This document shows positions 39,711-50,700 of a stretch of 64,000 bases of DNA, one piece after another. The stretch's first letter is position 1. The number at the start of each line of letters is the position of its first letter. The position numbers and the translations under genes were made by a program. The notes beneath the pieces were generated by a model. It had not been told where the DNA came from and did no database searches. It worked only from the letters and a program-made list of their open reading frames with translations. The DNA lies in the IMG/VR virus record IMGVR_UViG_3300028886_000029, positions 174,007 to 238,006 of that record; one strand, given 5' to 3'. Origin of the DNA: a virus (lineage: Duplodnaviria; Heunggongvirae; Uroviricota; Caudoviricetes).

Positions 39711-40469
39711 TTGGCGTTTATAGATGAAATTGGAAGAACCATAGATGGTAATTATCTTTATAGATTTGACTTCACAAAAGAACCGGAAACCGTATGGGGT
39801 GAATATTTTCATGTCATACCGTCCATTATCATACCTAATTTACAACCTGATAAAAACACTTTATCAAAAACAGGTAGGGTAATTTTACCCACCCAATTAC
39901 AGTTAGCGAAAAAAAGTGGTTGTTTTTCAATGCAAGATTGTTTTGATGATATTTTACCACTTGGATTTTCCGATATTGATGACGAATATAACATTATATT
40001 CAGATTTGGTGAAAAATATAATGATGTTATTGATTGTCTCAAGGCTTTAGGTACTGAAATGACAGATATAGAAGAAATTTCCAATAAGGCTGAAGATGTA
40101 ATTAACAATTTTATTGAAAATATTGAACCTAAAAGTGATTTTGGTACTATATTGGACGAAGCCATAGAGGAAGCCAATTTCAAAGAAATAATGACATTGA
40201 GAATAGGTGAAGAAATTTCTTTTGAGACTATTAAAAAAAGTCTTTTTGATGGTGGTTATGAAAATATTGATTTTGTTCACAAAAAAGGACAATACACAAT
40301 AAGAGGCGGCTTTATTGACATTTTTTCTTTTAACACTAAATATAATAACCCTTTCAGATTATCTTTTTTTGGTAATGAAATTGTTGACATTTTTAGTTTT
40401 GATATAATGGAACAAACACCAATAGAACATTTTAACGAAATAACAATTTACAAAAAAAACATTGATTAA
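39699..40469 (+). CDS. Phage protein fused to an Mfd/UvrB UvrA-interaction domain
   Basis: C-terminal LRIGEEI..L..GGYE.IDFV..KGQY.IRGGFIDIF..PFRLSFFGNEI..I..FD..Q; the N-terminal part is paralogous to the next gene. Confidence 0.75.
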   Translation: MEEYLAFIDEIGRTIDGNYLYRFDFTKEPETVWGEYFHVIPSIIIPNLQPDKNTLSKTGRVILPTQLQLAKKSGCFSMQDCFDDILPLGFSDIDDEYNIIFRFGEKYNDVIDCLKALGTEMTDIEEISNKAEDVINNFIENIEPKSDFGTILDEAIEEANFKEIMTLRIGEEISFETIKKSLFDGGYENIDFVHKKGQYTIRGGFIDIFSFNTKYNNPFRLSFFGNEIVDIFSFDIMEQTPIEHFNEITIYKKNID

Positions 40470-40858
40470 TGACTGATTTATACTTGGTATATGTGAAACC
40501 ATTTTACAAAAACAATGACGGTACATATGAATATGATTTGTTTTTTAGTGAAACACCTGAGGTTGTGTGGGGTATGGATTGGGATGTGGCAGTACCCAAT
40601 TCCTTGAATGACCTCACACCGGAGACATCAACATATCAGAAAGTAATTAAAATTAAAAGCCCTTTACCCTTTAAAACAATAGAAGAGATATCATGTTACT
40701 CAATGGAATATGCGGTGAACGATATAATCGCATTATCTTGGGTTGACATTGATAATATGGAAGAATTTCCTCCAAGTAGATGCGTTTTACATTTTAAAGA
40801 TAAAATAGAAAAAGTACAAGAAAAACTAAAAGAATTAAATATTGATTTGGTTTTTTAA
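40469..40858 (+). CDS. Hypothetical protein, paralog of the N-terminal domain of 39699-40469
   Basis: Shared YL..DG.Y.Y..F..PE.VWG..L.P..C.SM..DI..L pattern. Confidence 0.7.
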   Translation: MTDLYLVYVKPFYKNNDGTYEYDLFFSETPEVVWGMDWDVAVPNSLNDLTPETSTYQKVIKIKSPLPFKTIEEISCYSMEYAVNDIIALSWVDIDNMEEFPPSRCVLHFKDKIEKVQEKLKELNIDLVF

Positions 40859-40906
40859 TTTTTTTGTTATATTTTTGCCAAAAATAAATTTTTAAAAAAG
40901 TTTTAT

Positions 40907-42043
40907 ATGAGTAATTTAAAACCTTCTGTAAGTAACAGAATTATTGACGAAAAAGGTAACGCTTATAACAGTGTGAGACAACTATCAAGAAATCTTAATA
41001 TACATAAAGACAGAATTTTAAGAAAATTTAGAAAAGACGAACCTTTTATTTATCATGGTCACACATATTATCTTGAAAATAACAATGGTTACTATTCTAG
41101 TGGTAATGAAAATAAAATGGAAAACAATATTGACAACATTGATTTTGAGGGATATAATGAATATCTAAAAGCCAAAAATGTCACTGAACTTCCTTTTGAA
41201 AAATATAATTTTAAATTTAGTAAAAAGAACGGTGGTAGTAGATATGCTGTTGCTTTGTTTTCTGACGCACATATAGAAGAGACGGTTGATTCTAATAGTG
41301 TTTTAGGTTTAAATGAATATAATCTTGAAATTGCTAAAAGACGTGTTGAAAAGTACTTTGTTAATTTGGCTAACGCACTTAATGATGATGAGGTGGATGA
41401 CCTTATTTTTGCTGCCCTTGGAGATTGCATAAGTGGGTTTATACACGATGAGCTTGCCCAAACTAATAGTTGTAGCCCATTAGAAGCCACATTTATTGCT
41501 CAGAATCTTATTTATAGTGGTCTTGACTATCTTGTAAATAATACCAATTTAAGAACTATAAAATTCATTGGTATTGTTGGAAATCATAGTAGGACAACTA
41601 AGAAAATTCAACACAACAATGGCTATAAAATGTCTTATGAGTATTTAATGTATAAGAACATAGAAAAACAATGTCAGTTAACTAACTTACCGATTGAGTT
41701 CTGTATTCCTGAAAGTGAAATGGCAATTGTTGAAACGGGTGATGGAAAACGTTTTATTTTTATCCATGGTTTTCAGGTTAAAGGCGGTAATGGTATCGCA
41801 GGTATTCTTCCTTCACTAAACAGGATGGTTCTTAAATGGGAAAGGGTATTTCATCAGGATAAGGTATATCTTGGACATTTTCATAATTTCATGTCACAAA
41901 CAAATGTTGCTGTTAACGGTTCGGTGATTGGATATAACAGTTACGCACTTACAAATGCGTTGTTCTACGAAAAGCCACTCCAACTTTATGACCTATATGA
42001 TGGCAATGATTTAATTTTAACAAGAAAAATATATTGCGAATAA
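40907..42043 (+). CDS. Metallophosphoesterase/nuclease with a small N-terminal DNA-binding-like region
   Basis: SDAH, LGD, GNHSR, FIHG, GHFH, NGS.IG. Confidence 0.8.
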   Translation: MSNLKPSVSNRIIDEKGNAYNSVRQLSRNLNIHKDRILRKFRKDEPFIYHGHTYYLENNNGYYSSGNENKMENNIDNIDFEGYNEYLKAKNVTELPFEKYNFKFSKKNGGSRYAVALFSDAHIEETVDSNSVLGLNEYNLEIAKRRVEKYFVNLANALNDDEVDDLIFAALGDCISGFIHDELAQTNSCSPLEATFIAQNLIYSGLDYLVNNTNLRTIKFIGIVGNHSRTTKKIQHNNGYKMSYEYLMYKNIEKQCQLTNLPIEFCIPESEMAIVETGDGKRFIFIHGFQVKGGNGIAGILPSLNRMVLKWERVFHQDKVYLGHFHNFMSQTNVAVNGSVIGYNSYALTNALFYEKPLQLYDLYDGNDLILTRKIYCE

Positions 42044-43020
42044 TGTTAACTGAAATTTCAAAAAATCTCTTTTATTCTCACCTACTTTATGAATATAAAC
42101 ACGGTGTTAATAACAATGACATATTTTTTGAAACAAGAAGTATAGTACCGTATATTAATGAAATTGTTGAAAGTATTATAAATTCACTGAAAGAAAACAT
42201 TAGAACACTTATTAAAAATAAAGAAGATAATGTGTTGGAATATAATGAAAAAACGATAAATCTAAATAAAAACAGTTTTTTTGAAAGAATTAGCTTAACT
42301 GTTAATTTTCACTATACAACAAAAACGTCTTATAGTGGTGGTATAAAGCCATTATCTTCATTCGTTACCACTAACAATGAGATTGTGTTTAGACCTGTTA
42401 TAAACATTAATTTAAATGGTTCTAATTTTTACGATACAATAGATACGTTATCTTTTGCAATTGGTCATGAATTAACACATGGGTACGACTATTATCAATA
42501 TTTTTTGAAACACGGATTTCCACAAGACAAAACAAATATTGAAAAAAGTGGTTTATCAAGATATAATAAAGGTATGCAAAGTACAAATAGTTTAGAAAGA
42601 GCAATATCAAGTATAAATTATAGACTTTCACAAAGAGAACTAAATGCTTACATTGGACAATTGGCTATTGAGATTAAAAAATATGCTAATGAAATTAGCA
42701 ACAGTAAAGAAGCATTAAATGTTTTATATAAAACAGAATCATTTAAAACAACTTATAATTATCTTGAAAATGAAATTAATACTATTGTTTATGGTAATTT
42801 AAATGATAACACCAAAAAAGATATTATTGAACTAACCAACAAAATATGTAACAAAAACTTTACTAGTTATAATCAAGTTATAAAATATTATTTCAATAGA
42901 TGGTATAAATGGTCGGAAAAATATATGACTAAGGCATCAAAAATCATATATAACATATTTGAAGAGTATGCTGAACCAATTATTTATGATAATTTCGGAA
43001 AAAAAGAAACACTGAAATAA
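42043..43020 (+). CDS. Zincin-like metallopeptidase
   Basis: IGHELTHGY (HExxH) with downstream ELNAY; ATG overlaps the upstream stop (TAATG). Confidence 0.65.
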   Translation: MLTEISKNLFYSHLLYEYKHGVNNNDIFFETRSIVPYINEIVESIINSLKENIRTLIKNKEDNVLEYNEKTINLNKNSFFERISLTVNFHYTTKTSYSGGIKPLSSFVTTNNEIVFRPVININLNGSNFYDTIDTLSFAIGHELTHGYDYYQYFLKHGFPQDKTNIEKSGLSRYNKGMQSTNSLERAISSINYRLSQRELNAYIGQLAIEIKKYANEISNSKEALNVLYKTESFKTTYNYLENEINTIVYGNLNDNTKKDIIELTNKICNKNFTSYNQVIKYYFNRWYKWSEKYMTKASKIIYNIFEEYAEPIIYDNFGKKETLK

Positions 43021-43036
43021 TCAGTGTTTCTTTTTT
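43000..43036. terminator. Bidirectional terminator
   Basis: AAAAAAGAAACACTGA-AATAA-TCAGTGTTTCTTTTTT. Confidence 0.8.
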
Positions 43037-43037
43037 G

Positions 43038-43802
43038 TTAATATCCCTTAGTTTTGACATTTGAGTACAATATAATTTTTCCATCAATATTTGCATGAAC
43101 TGTTGCAAGCCTTCCTCTATCATGCCAGTTATCAAATTTTTGGAATAGTTTTTTCAAGTATTCCAATCTTTTATCTTCCTTATCAGGTAATATTATGTGT
43201 AAGCCACCACTTGGTGTTTCGTATTCATCCAACGGTTCAAGACCAACCATTTTAAGCATATAATGCACCTCGTCCCAAATGGTTCCACCACCCCTTGTTC
43301 TTGTTGTTTTAGGGACATCTATATCAAGGAATAGTCTTTTCCTCATACCTTTCCAATTTTCACCTTCTTTCGCTTGTCCAGGAATAATTTGGTCAGCATA
43401 TTTATACCTTGCATCATTAGGTGAAAACCTTGATTTATAGATTTTTATAAAACTATCAGTGTCTTTTTCTGACCTTGTGTTGATTGTCATATATGCTCTT
43501 GCATTGTTCTTTTCACAAATATTAATAATCTCAGATTTTAATTGTTGTAATTCTTGGACAGTATGTATTCTATAACCCTTAAGATACCAAGCACCTCCAT
43601 GATAATTACCAACACTTTTGTTATCATTTGGGTTATCTTTATATCTTTTTATTATTTGCACAAAATAGAAATCATCAGGTGAATTAAACTCCATTAATTT
43701 TTGTGCCTTATCGAAATTGTCTATAAGCTGTTGTCCTTCAGAAAGTATTCTATTAATACATTCCGAAACCATATATTTTATATCTTCTTCAGTAATTAAC
43801 AT
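43038..43802 (-). CDS. AEP primase-polymerase-like protein with an N-terminal leader
   Basis: LFLDID (DxD) and TPSGGLHII (SxxGxH) motifs; leader MLITEEDIKYMVSECINRILSE. Confidence 0.6.
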   Translation of the reverse strand: MLITEEDIKYMVSECINRILSEGQQLIDNFDKAQKLMEFNSPDDFYFVQIIKRYKDNPNDNKSVGNYHGGAWYLKGYRIHTVQELQQLKSEIINICEKNNARAYMTINTRSEKDTDSFIKIYKSRFSPNDARYKYADQIIPGQAKEGENWKGMRKRLFLDIDVPKTTRTRGGGTIWDEVHYMLKMVGLEPLDEYETPSGGLHIILPDKEDKRLEYLKKLFQKFDNWHDRGRLATVHANIDGKIILYSNVKTKGY

Positions 43803-43806
43803 AGTA

Positions 43807-44868
43807 TTAAACATTTTCCGGTAAATCATCTAAATAACAAACAGGGCATTCATCATCATCTAAAACAATAAAAACCCCATTATCGTGTTTCATTATGTAA
43901 TATTTTTCACCATTATATACAACTTTTGCGGTATCATCCTCATCAAAATCCTCACCAAAATCAAACCATACATCTGATATTAACTTATTTGTTGCTACTT
44001 CAAAATAGTTAACTTTGTTGTTTTTATAAACACGAACAAAACCATTAATACTTCTATCAGCAACATCGGAAAAGAGTTTTTTACCATTATCATCAACCCT
44101 GTTTCTAATCATTGCGTCAACATCTGTGTTATGACCTGCCCTCCAAATTAAATTTTCAGTAATACCTACAGTCCAAGTTTTACCGTTATCCGCTGAATAA
44201 CTATATGGTATAACATCAGAGAAATTTCTTACGAAACAACAGTTACCATCATGACCACCTGAGTAAATAATCCCTCTGATTTTAGTTTTGTCAATATCTT
44301 TACCCAAGATACCTGTTATTCTTACCGCAGGTACTGAAGTTTTAATATCATAACTTGTTTTATTATTGTTCATACAATGGTTAAGCCCTGGTACACCATG
44401 TAAAACTTTTTCAGCCAAATTTTTTGGCATTAACATTTTGATTTGATTAACAATAGGCCAATTTTCACCATAATATTTTTTAGCAATATCAATATTGAAA
44501 ATAAGGAAATCTTTATATCCGCCTAAAACATATGATTGAACAATATATCGTCCATAACCTGTTGCCCTATCATTTGATGACCTTAATGAATAAACATTAT
44601 AAACACCAGGTCCATACATGTTTCCACCATTGTCACCCGTATATTCTCTACTAAAACCGTTTTGCATTAAAGATTGTATAACAGAGAGAGGATTAGAATC
44701 CCTTGAATCTTGTGGCCTATGATAAACAGGTTCACCTTGTTTAATATCATCAATAGTCAAATCACCTTTAACATTGGTACCAAAATCTTCATTTGCTTCC
44801 TCAATACCTTCTGTTAAAACTTTTTCAACTATTCTTTCACAATCTTCTAATGTTAAAAATTTCTCCAT
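43807..44868 (-). CDS. PARP-like ADP-ribosyltransferase-fold protein with WG-repeat-like C-terminus
   Basis: VYH..NGFS..GNMYGPGVY..YG.YIV; C-terminal NGFVRV..NK.NY..LIS..WFD..DF. Confidence 0.55.
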   Translation of the reverse strand: MEKFLTLEDCERIVEKVLTEGIEEANEDFGTNVKGDLTIDDIKQGEPVYHRPQDSRDSNPLSVIQSLMQNGFSREYTGDNGGNMYGPGVYNVYSLRSSNDRATGYGRYIVQSYVLGGYKDFLIFNIDIAKKYYGENWPIVNQIKMLMPKNLAEKVLHGVPGLNHCMNNNKTSYDIKTSVPAVRITGILGKDIDKTKIRGIIYSGGHDGNCCFVRNFSDVIPYSYSADNGKTWTVGITENLIWRAGHNTDVDAMIRNRVDDNGKKLFSDVADRSINGFVRVYKNNKVNYFEVATNKLISDVWFDFGEDFDEDDTAKVVYNGEKYYIMKHDNGVFIVLDDDECPVCYLDDLPENV

Positions 44869-44872
44869 ATCT

Positions 44873-46426
44873 TTAATATATAATTGGATTGTTTATTCTG
44901 TTTAACATTTCATTAAAATTATTCTTAATCCGCTCAATCTCTTGATTTGGTTGTTGCTCCGTTTGTTTATCAGCAACAATTCTAATACCTAATTTTTTTA
45001 ACGCTGATTTAAACTTGTTAAGGAAATTACTGCCACCAATACCCTCATTCATTGCAATTGCCCTACCAATTTGCTCAGTTGCACCTTTAATAATATTACC
45101 TAATGTGGCTGCTTCATTTTGGGTATACTCAATTGAGTGTGTAAAATTATTTTGATTAAACGGTAAACCATTCATTAAAAGGGTGAGTTGTACACCGTCT
45201 TGTATATATTTATTAATGTTTTCAGGTTTTAAAACATTAATAGCATTTGTACCTTTTTTGTTTTCCTGAGCCTTATTATTAATTAAAAATCTATAATATT
45301 CACTCAATAAATGTATAAGTTTATCTTCAGGTGTGGCATCACTTTGTGCTATACTATCAACATTTAAACCACCATTAGAACATAATTTACTTACAACATC
45401 ATTGGCAACCGTGTACTGTTTGGTTACTTTATCTTGAAGTCCCGTGTCAATGTTACCTGACTCCATTCTTTTCTTGTTTTCAAGTTCTTGTGCCAAAGAA
45501 TTAAGTTTATAAACAACATTACTTGAAATATTAGGTTTTGATTGTAATGGATTGTCTTCTTTGGGATTATATTGATAAGTGTCCGCTATATCATAACCGT
45601 AATAAGGGAAGAAAGAAACCTTTTTACCTTTATTAGCCTCTTTCTGTGCCTCAATCATAATCGCATTTTTAACTGTTACACCTAAATCACCCATATTGTC
45701 CAACTCATGACCTAATTTGTTTTTAGCATCATCAAGTTCCTGTTGTGTTACATTGTTTTTAACAACGGGTGCCCACATTGGATATTTTTTAGCACCCCTC
45801 TTAATACCAAAACCCCAGTTGTTCCATGTTGATTCAGAGACCACAAAAGTGGCATCAGGATTTATTGCCCTAATTCTTAAAACATTGGCTAAACTTAGTG
45901 CGTGACCATAAATTGTGTTGCTATAAATTTTAGAATATAAGGCAAGTGCTTCCCTGATTGTGGGGTCATTAATGTTGTTTAAATATTTCTGCCATAGGTC
46001 TGCGACTGAAACCTCAGCGTCCGACATGGCCTTAAATTTATCTTTAAGACTATCACTTGCTTCTAATTTATGGGCAACAACATCTTCAAGCCTTAAAATG
46101 GCATCATTATTATATGTTCCTGTTGAAACTAGTGCTGAAATAACTGATTTTAAACCAGTATCAATAAAATCATTTAACTTATCTTTTTCAACTAACAAAA
46201 CAACAGCGATATTGTTTTTAGAAGTGAAATACCAACCCTTTTTAATATTCTTGTCAGGCAGACCTTTTCTTCCGAGTGTACTATCACCGGGTGTAGTTAT
46301 TCTATTTAATATTTCTTCCGCATCTTGTTTTGTTTTTATTCCCCAAAAAGTAATTTTCTTGGAAACACCATCTTTACTATCAGCAATCTGTGGTTCAACA
46401 TCCAAATATTTATTAAAATTTCCCAT
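44873..46426 (-). CDS. Protein with an ArdC-N-like ssDNA-binding domain
   Basis: LSLANVLRI..NPDATFV..W..G..IKRGAK..MWAP..F..YDIADT; TATTTAT at 46448-46454. Confidence 0.65.
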   Translation of the reverse strand: MGNFNKYLDVEPQIADSKDGVSKKITFWGIKTKQDAEEILNRITTPGDSTLGRKGLPDKNIKKGWYFTSKNNIAVVLLVEKDKLNDFIDTGLKSVISALVSTGTYNNDAILRLEDVVAHKLEASDSLKDKFKAMSDAEVSVADLWQKYLNNINDPTIREALALYSKIYSNTIYGHALSLANVLRIRAINPDATFVVSESTWNNWGFGIKRGAKKYPMWAPVVKNNVTQQELDDAKNKLGHELDNMGDLGVTVKNAIMIEAQKEANKGKKVSFFPYYGYDIADTYQYNPKEDNPLQSKPNISSNVVYKLNSLAQELENKKRMESGNIDTGLQDKVTKQYTVANDVVSKLCSNGGLNVDSIAQSDATPEDKLIHLLSEYYRFLINNKAQENKKGTNAINVLKPENINKYIQDGVQLTLLMNGLPFNQNNFTHSIEYTQNEAATLGNIIKGATEQIGRAIAMNEGIGGSNFLNKFKSALKKLGIRIVADKQTEQQPNQEIERIKNNFNEMLNRINNPIIY

Positions 46427-46503
46427 ATGTTTTCTAATTTGTTTATTATAAATATTTGTTATTTTAAAAAAAAATTTATATTTTTGTTAAAAATCAAAAT
46501 ATT

Positions 46504-46767
46504 ATGTTAGAAAAGTACGACTTGAAACCAATTAATGAGACAATTGAGGAATATGGCTTAATGCCTGATGAAAGTGATTGTAATCCTGATGAAGAAATTA
46601 AGTACAGTGAAGTTTATAGGAAAGGTAACTTAGTTCTTTATGAGTTTGATAATGACATCATGGACACAATCGTTTCAGAGGAAATTGTTAAAGAACTTTT
46701 TCCTGAGTATGAGATTAAACAAGGTAAAGGTTATCTTATAGAGGAAAACGGTAAATTTTACGCCTAA
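46504..46767 (+). CDS. Small acidic hypothetical protein
   Basis: 87 aa; TATTTTTG upstream. Confidence 0.6.
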   Translation: MLEKYDLKPINETIEEYGLMPDESDCNPDEEIKYSEVYRKGNLVLYEFDNDIMDTIVSEEIVKELFPEYEIKQGKGYLIEENGKFYA

Positions 46768-46866
46768 AAAAAAGAATTATCCCTTTTAGTGTTGTAAAAA
46801 TTCTGAACTTTTTTCATATTTCAAAGTATTTATAAAGAAAATAATGATTGTAAATAGGATTGAAAT

Positions 46867-47367
46867 ATGAAAAATACAGTTAGGCTTAATGAAGCACAAC
46901 TCAAACAAGTTATTGTTGAATCAGTAAAGAATGTTCTATCAGAACTTGATTGGAAAACATATGCAAATGCTGCAAATAAAACTGGAACAAAATGGAGTGA
47001 AACGGAAGATGCCATTTGGAGATTAGATGACGAAATTGGTAAGGCACAAGAAGATGGTGATATGGAAAAAGTAAAATCATTGAAAGCAGAACAAGAAAGA
47101 TTAGAAAATGTTTTGGCCAAACACATGAGAAGGTATAGTGATTTTAATGATGCTGCTGACAAAGCATTCACCCAAAAACACCATTTAGATTATTATGGGA
47201 CTAAACCTGATAATTTTCAAAGGTTACCTGGTAATGCACAAATGGAGAAATTCAATTTTAACGTTGGAAATTATGATTATGACAGTGAAAATGGTTGGCA
47301 TCTAAAAGAATCAGTTAATAAAACCGTAAAATCCGTATTAAGGGAATATCTCAACAAAAATAAGTAA
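46867..47367 (+). CDS. Putative head-internal protein
   Basis: Leader VRLNEAQLKQVIVESVKNVLSE, repeated at the C-terminus (LKESVNKTVKSVLRE); TATTTAT at 46827-46833. Confidence 0.6.
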   Translation: MKNTVRLNEAQLKQVIVESVKNVLSELDWKTYANAANKTGTKWSETEDAIWRLDDEIGKAQEDGDMEKVKSLKAEQERLENVLAKHMRRYSDFNDAADKAFTQKHHLDYYGTKPDNFQRLPGNAQMEKFNFNVGNYDYDSENGWHLKESVNKTVKSVLREYLNKNK

Positions 47368-47539
47368 TTGTGTAGTATGGGTAAGAAGGTAAAAGGTTTA
47401 CGGAATCTGAGTTTAGGGACTTTGTGATGGAAGTAACTAAATAGGTGCTTTAAGAATATCTAATGGTTCTTGGTCACAAGAAATGATATTGTGAATAATG
47501 TGATAATTAAAAAGGTTGGAACAATGGTATTAACGAATT

Positions 47540-47567
47540 AAGCCTCAGGATTTCTCCTGAGGCTTTT
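47540..47567 (+). terminator. Rho-independent terminator
   Basis: AAGCCTCAGG-ATTTCT-CCTGAGGCTT-TT. Confidence 0.8.
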
Positions 47568-47725
47568 CTTATAACTTATCCACAACATTCAAAGGGATAA
47601 TTCCACTAAAAAAATACAATATAACCAATCCATTTTCAAGTTTTTTTTTGTTAATGTTATTTCTTTTTTATATTTTTGAAAAAAAATAATGATGCTTGTT
47701 TATCAGGCTTTAATTAATTATTAAT

Positions 47726-50700
47726 ATGGAACAAAATTTTAAAAGAACTGAAATTACTGATGAGGTCATTGAAACCTTCTTGAATGGACATGACCCACAA
47801 GAAAGAATTGTCAACATCGAATATTCAAGTAAAGATGATTTTGTCAAGGTATTCTATCGTAACGAAGAAGATAAAAAATGCATGTCGATGCAACCATTTT
47901 ATCCTTTTGTGTGGGCAAGACTTGAAACATGTTTATCATTATGTGATGGAAACCGTAAACAACTGAAACTTCTTATGAACCAATATGGCATTGAGGTTAA
48001 ATCTCTTAATATTGTTGGTAAAGACGGTAATGAAATACCTGAGATGAAAAACGGATACAGGTATCTTTTCAGGGCAACAAGACCGATGACATATCACACA
48101 TTTCAGGATTTTTTCAAAAAATGTGGTTTTCCGATTTATAGCGACAATGACAAGACGCAACCTAAAGTAGAAAAACCATTCTTAACAGTTACCCCACAAG
48201 AACAATATCTTATTGCCACCGGTAAGAGGTTCTTTAAAGGATATGATGACTATAACCAAATACTCAAAATCACTTTTGACTTGGAGACTGAGGGTCTTGA
48301 CCCAACCAAACATAGAATTAAACTTATTGGTGTAAAAGTTAACAGACCATTTACATATCATGGTAAAAAATATGAGAACTTTGAGAGGATATATAGACTT
48401 GAAGGCGAAACTGAAAAAGAAAAAAACGCCTCTGAGTTGAAAATAATAGACACATTTCTTAGAATTATATACTCATTTAAACCTGATGTTATAACAGCGC
48501 ATAATGGTGAAAATTTCGACTGGTCTTTTATAATCGAAAGATGTAACCAACTTGGCACATCAATAGATGATATGTCAAAACCTTACTTTAATGGTAAAAC
48601 CATATATAAAAACCCAAAAGAAACCATTCTTAAACTTGGTGGTGAGGTTGAGACTTTCCATCAAACAATTGTTCCTGGTACTATTATAACAGATTCATTA
48701 CATGCGGTTAGAAGGGCACAGGCAACAGACTCAAATTTTAAAGAGGCTAATCTTAAATATTCAGCAAAGTACCTTGAGGTTGTTAAACCAAATCGTGTTT
48801 ATGTACCAGGTGATATAATTGACAAAACACTCATTGATGACACACCAACATATGCCTTCAATAATACTGATGGCAAGTGGTATAAAATAACTGATGATAA
48901 ACCACTTCAAGAAGGCTATGAAATTGTCACAGGTAAATATATTGTCGAAAGATATTTGTTTGATGACCTTCAGGAATGTAATGATGTGGAATTAACACTT
49001 AACCAAAGTGCTTTCAGTATTTGCAAACTACTTCCTCTATCATTTCAGAAATGTTGTACTATGGGTACAGCTGGTCAGTGGAAATCACTGATGATGGCAT
49101 GGTCTTATGAAAATGGCCTTGCTATTCCTTTCGCTGAAAATACCGGAAAATTCACGGGGGGCCTTTCAAGACTCTTGAAAGTGGGGTTTAGTGGTAAACA
49201 AGGTTTGGTAAAACTTGATTATAACAGCCTGTACCCGTCAATTATACTTACTTGGGCAATTGAGGATGAAAAAGATATTTCAGGTGTTACATTAAAATTT
49301 CTTAATTATATGCTTACTTCTCGTGAAGCATATAAAAAAGAAAAGAAAAATAGTGACATAATTGTTAGTAAATATGAAACTAAAATGAACAATGGTGAAA
49401 AACTAACACCTGAAGAAAACAATGAATATCATAAAGCACTTGCTGATTTTGCTAAATATGATAAACTACAGAGTGTTCGTAAAGTATTCTGTAACAGTTA
49501 CTTTGGCTCACTTTCAAGTAACAATGCGTCAGTTTATCCGTGGAAAAGTTTAAAATGTGGTGAAAGAACTACTTGTACGGGTAGACAAGCGTTAAGATTA
49601 ATGATTGGACATTTCAGTAATATTTCAACATTTAATGGTGGTAATTATAGTAAAGATTATAATTATGAACCCATCGTTGGTGATACCGATGGGTTCAATT
49701 TTGAATTACCTCTAAAATTTAGGTACACTGAAGATAATCCTTACATAAGTCCTGGTTTATCAAGAGAAACAAAGAAAGGTAAAAAATATGTCGGTTTTGA
49801 AGCTGACTTGGCTGAATTTAACGATATTTTTATGAAAGATTTCCACTACGCACCAAATGCATGTAACAAGATGGGATGTGGTTTGGACGAGAGAATTTCC
49901 AGTTCTCTGAACCTTAGTAGGAAAAATTATTGTGATTATTTTCCAGAGAAGCCATATCCAAAAGATATAAAGTATGTGGGAAACTCAATTAAAAGTAAAA
50001 AAATGAGTATTTTTATTGAAAAATTTATTAATGATGGTGTAAGGTTACTTGTTCAAAATAAAGGTAAAGAATTTCTTGACGCGTATTATGTTTATATTGA
50101 GAAAATCTATAATTATCAAATACCTTTGAAAGACATCGCAAGTAAAGGTAAAGTTAAAAAGTCAATACCTGATTATATTGCCGATTGTAACACATTAACC
50201 AAAGCTGGTAGTAAAAAATCAAGACAAGCATGGATGGAATTGGCGATTAAGAATAATCTGAAAGTTGATTTGGGTGAGACATTGTATTATATAAATACGG
50301 GAACAAAGAAAACCCATTCGGATGTCAAAAGGGTTACCCATTACAACATCATCAATGAAAATAATGAGATTAAAGACATAAAAAATCAGTTAGACAAAGA
50401 ATGGAAAAAAGCGGAAGACGGTAAGAATGGTGAAAAGAAAAAACTTAAATTTGATGAGTGGGTTAAAAAACATTATCCACAAGTAAAAGTGGAAGATGAA
50501 ATAATACTCTGCGCCGAATTACTTCCAAGAGAGATTGTTGAGTCAGAAAAAGATTATTTTTGTGAGGAAGGTAAAGAATATAATGTTGAAAAATACATTG
50601 AGCAATTCAACAAAAGAATTACACCATTATTGGTTTGTTTTGATAAGTCAATTAGGGACAAGATTCTTGTGACAAAACCGTCTGACAGACAATATTTCAC

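Noticed and set aside
39699-40469. mfd or uvrB pseudogene
   Set aside because: Only one domain is present, fused in frame to a phage-type domain, with no adjacent helicase remnants.
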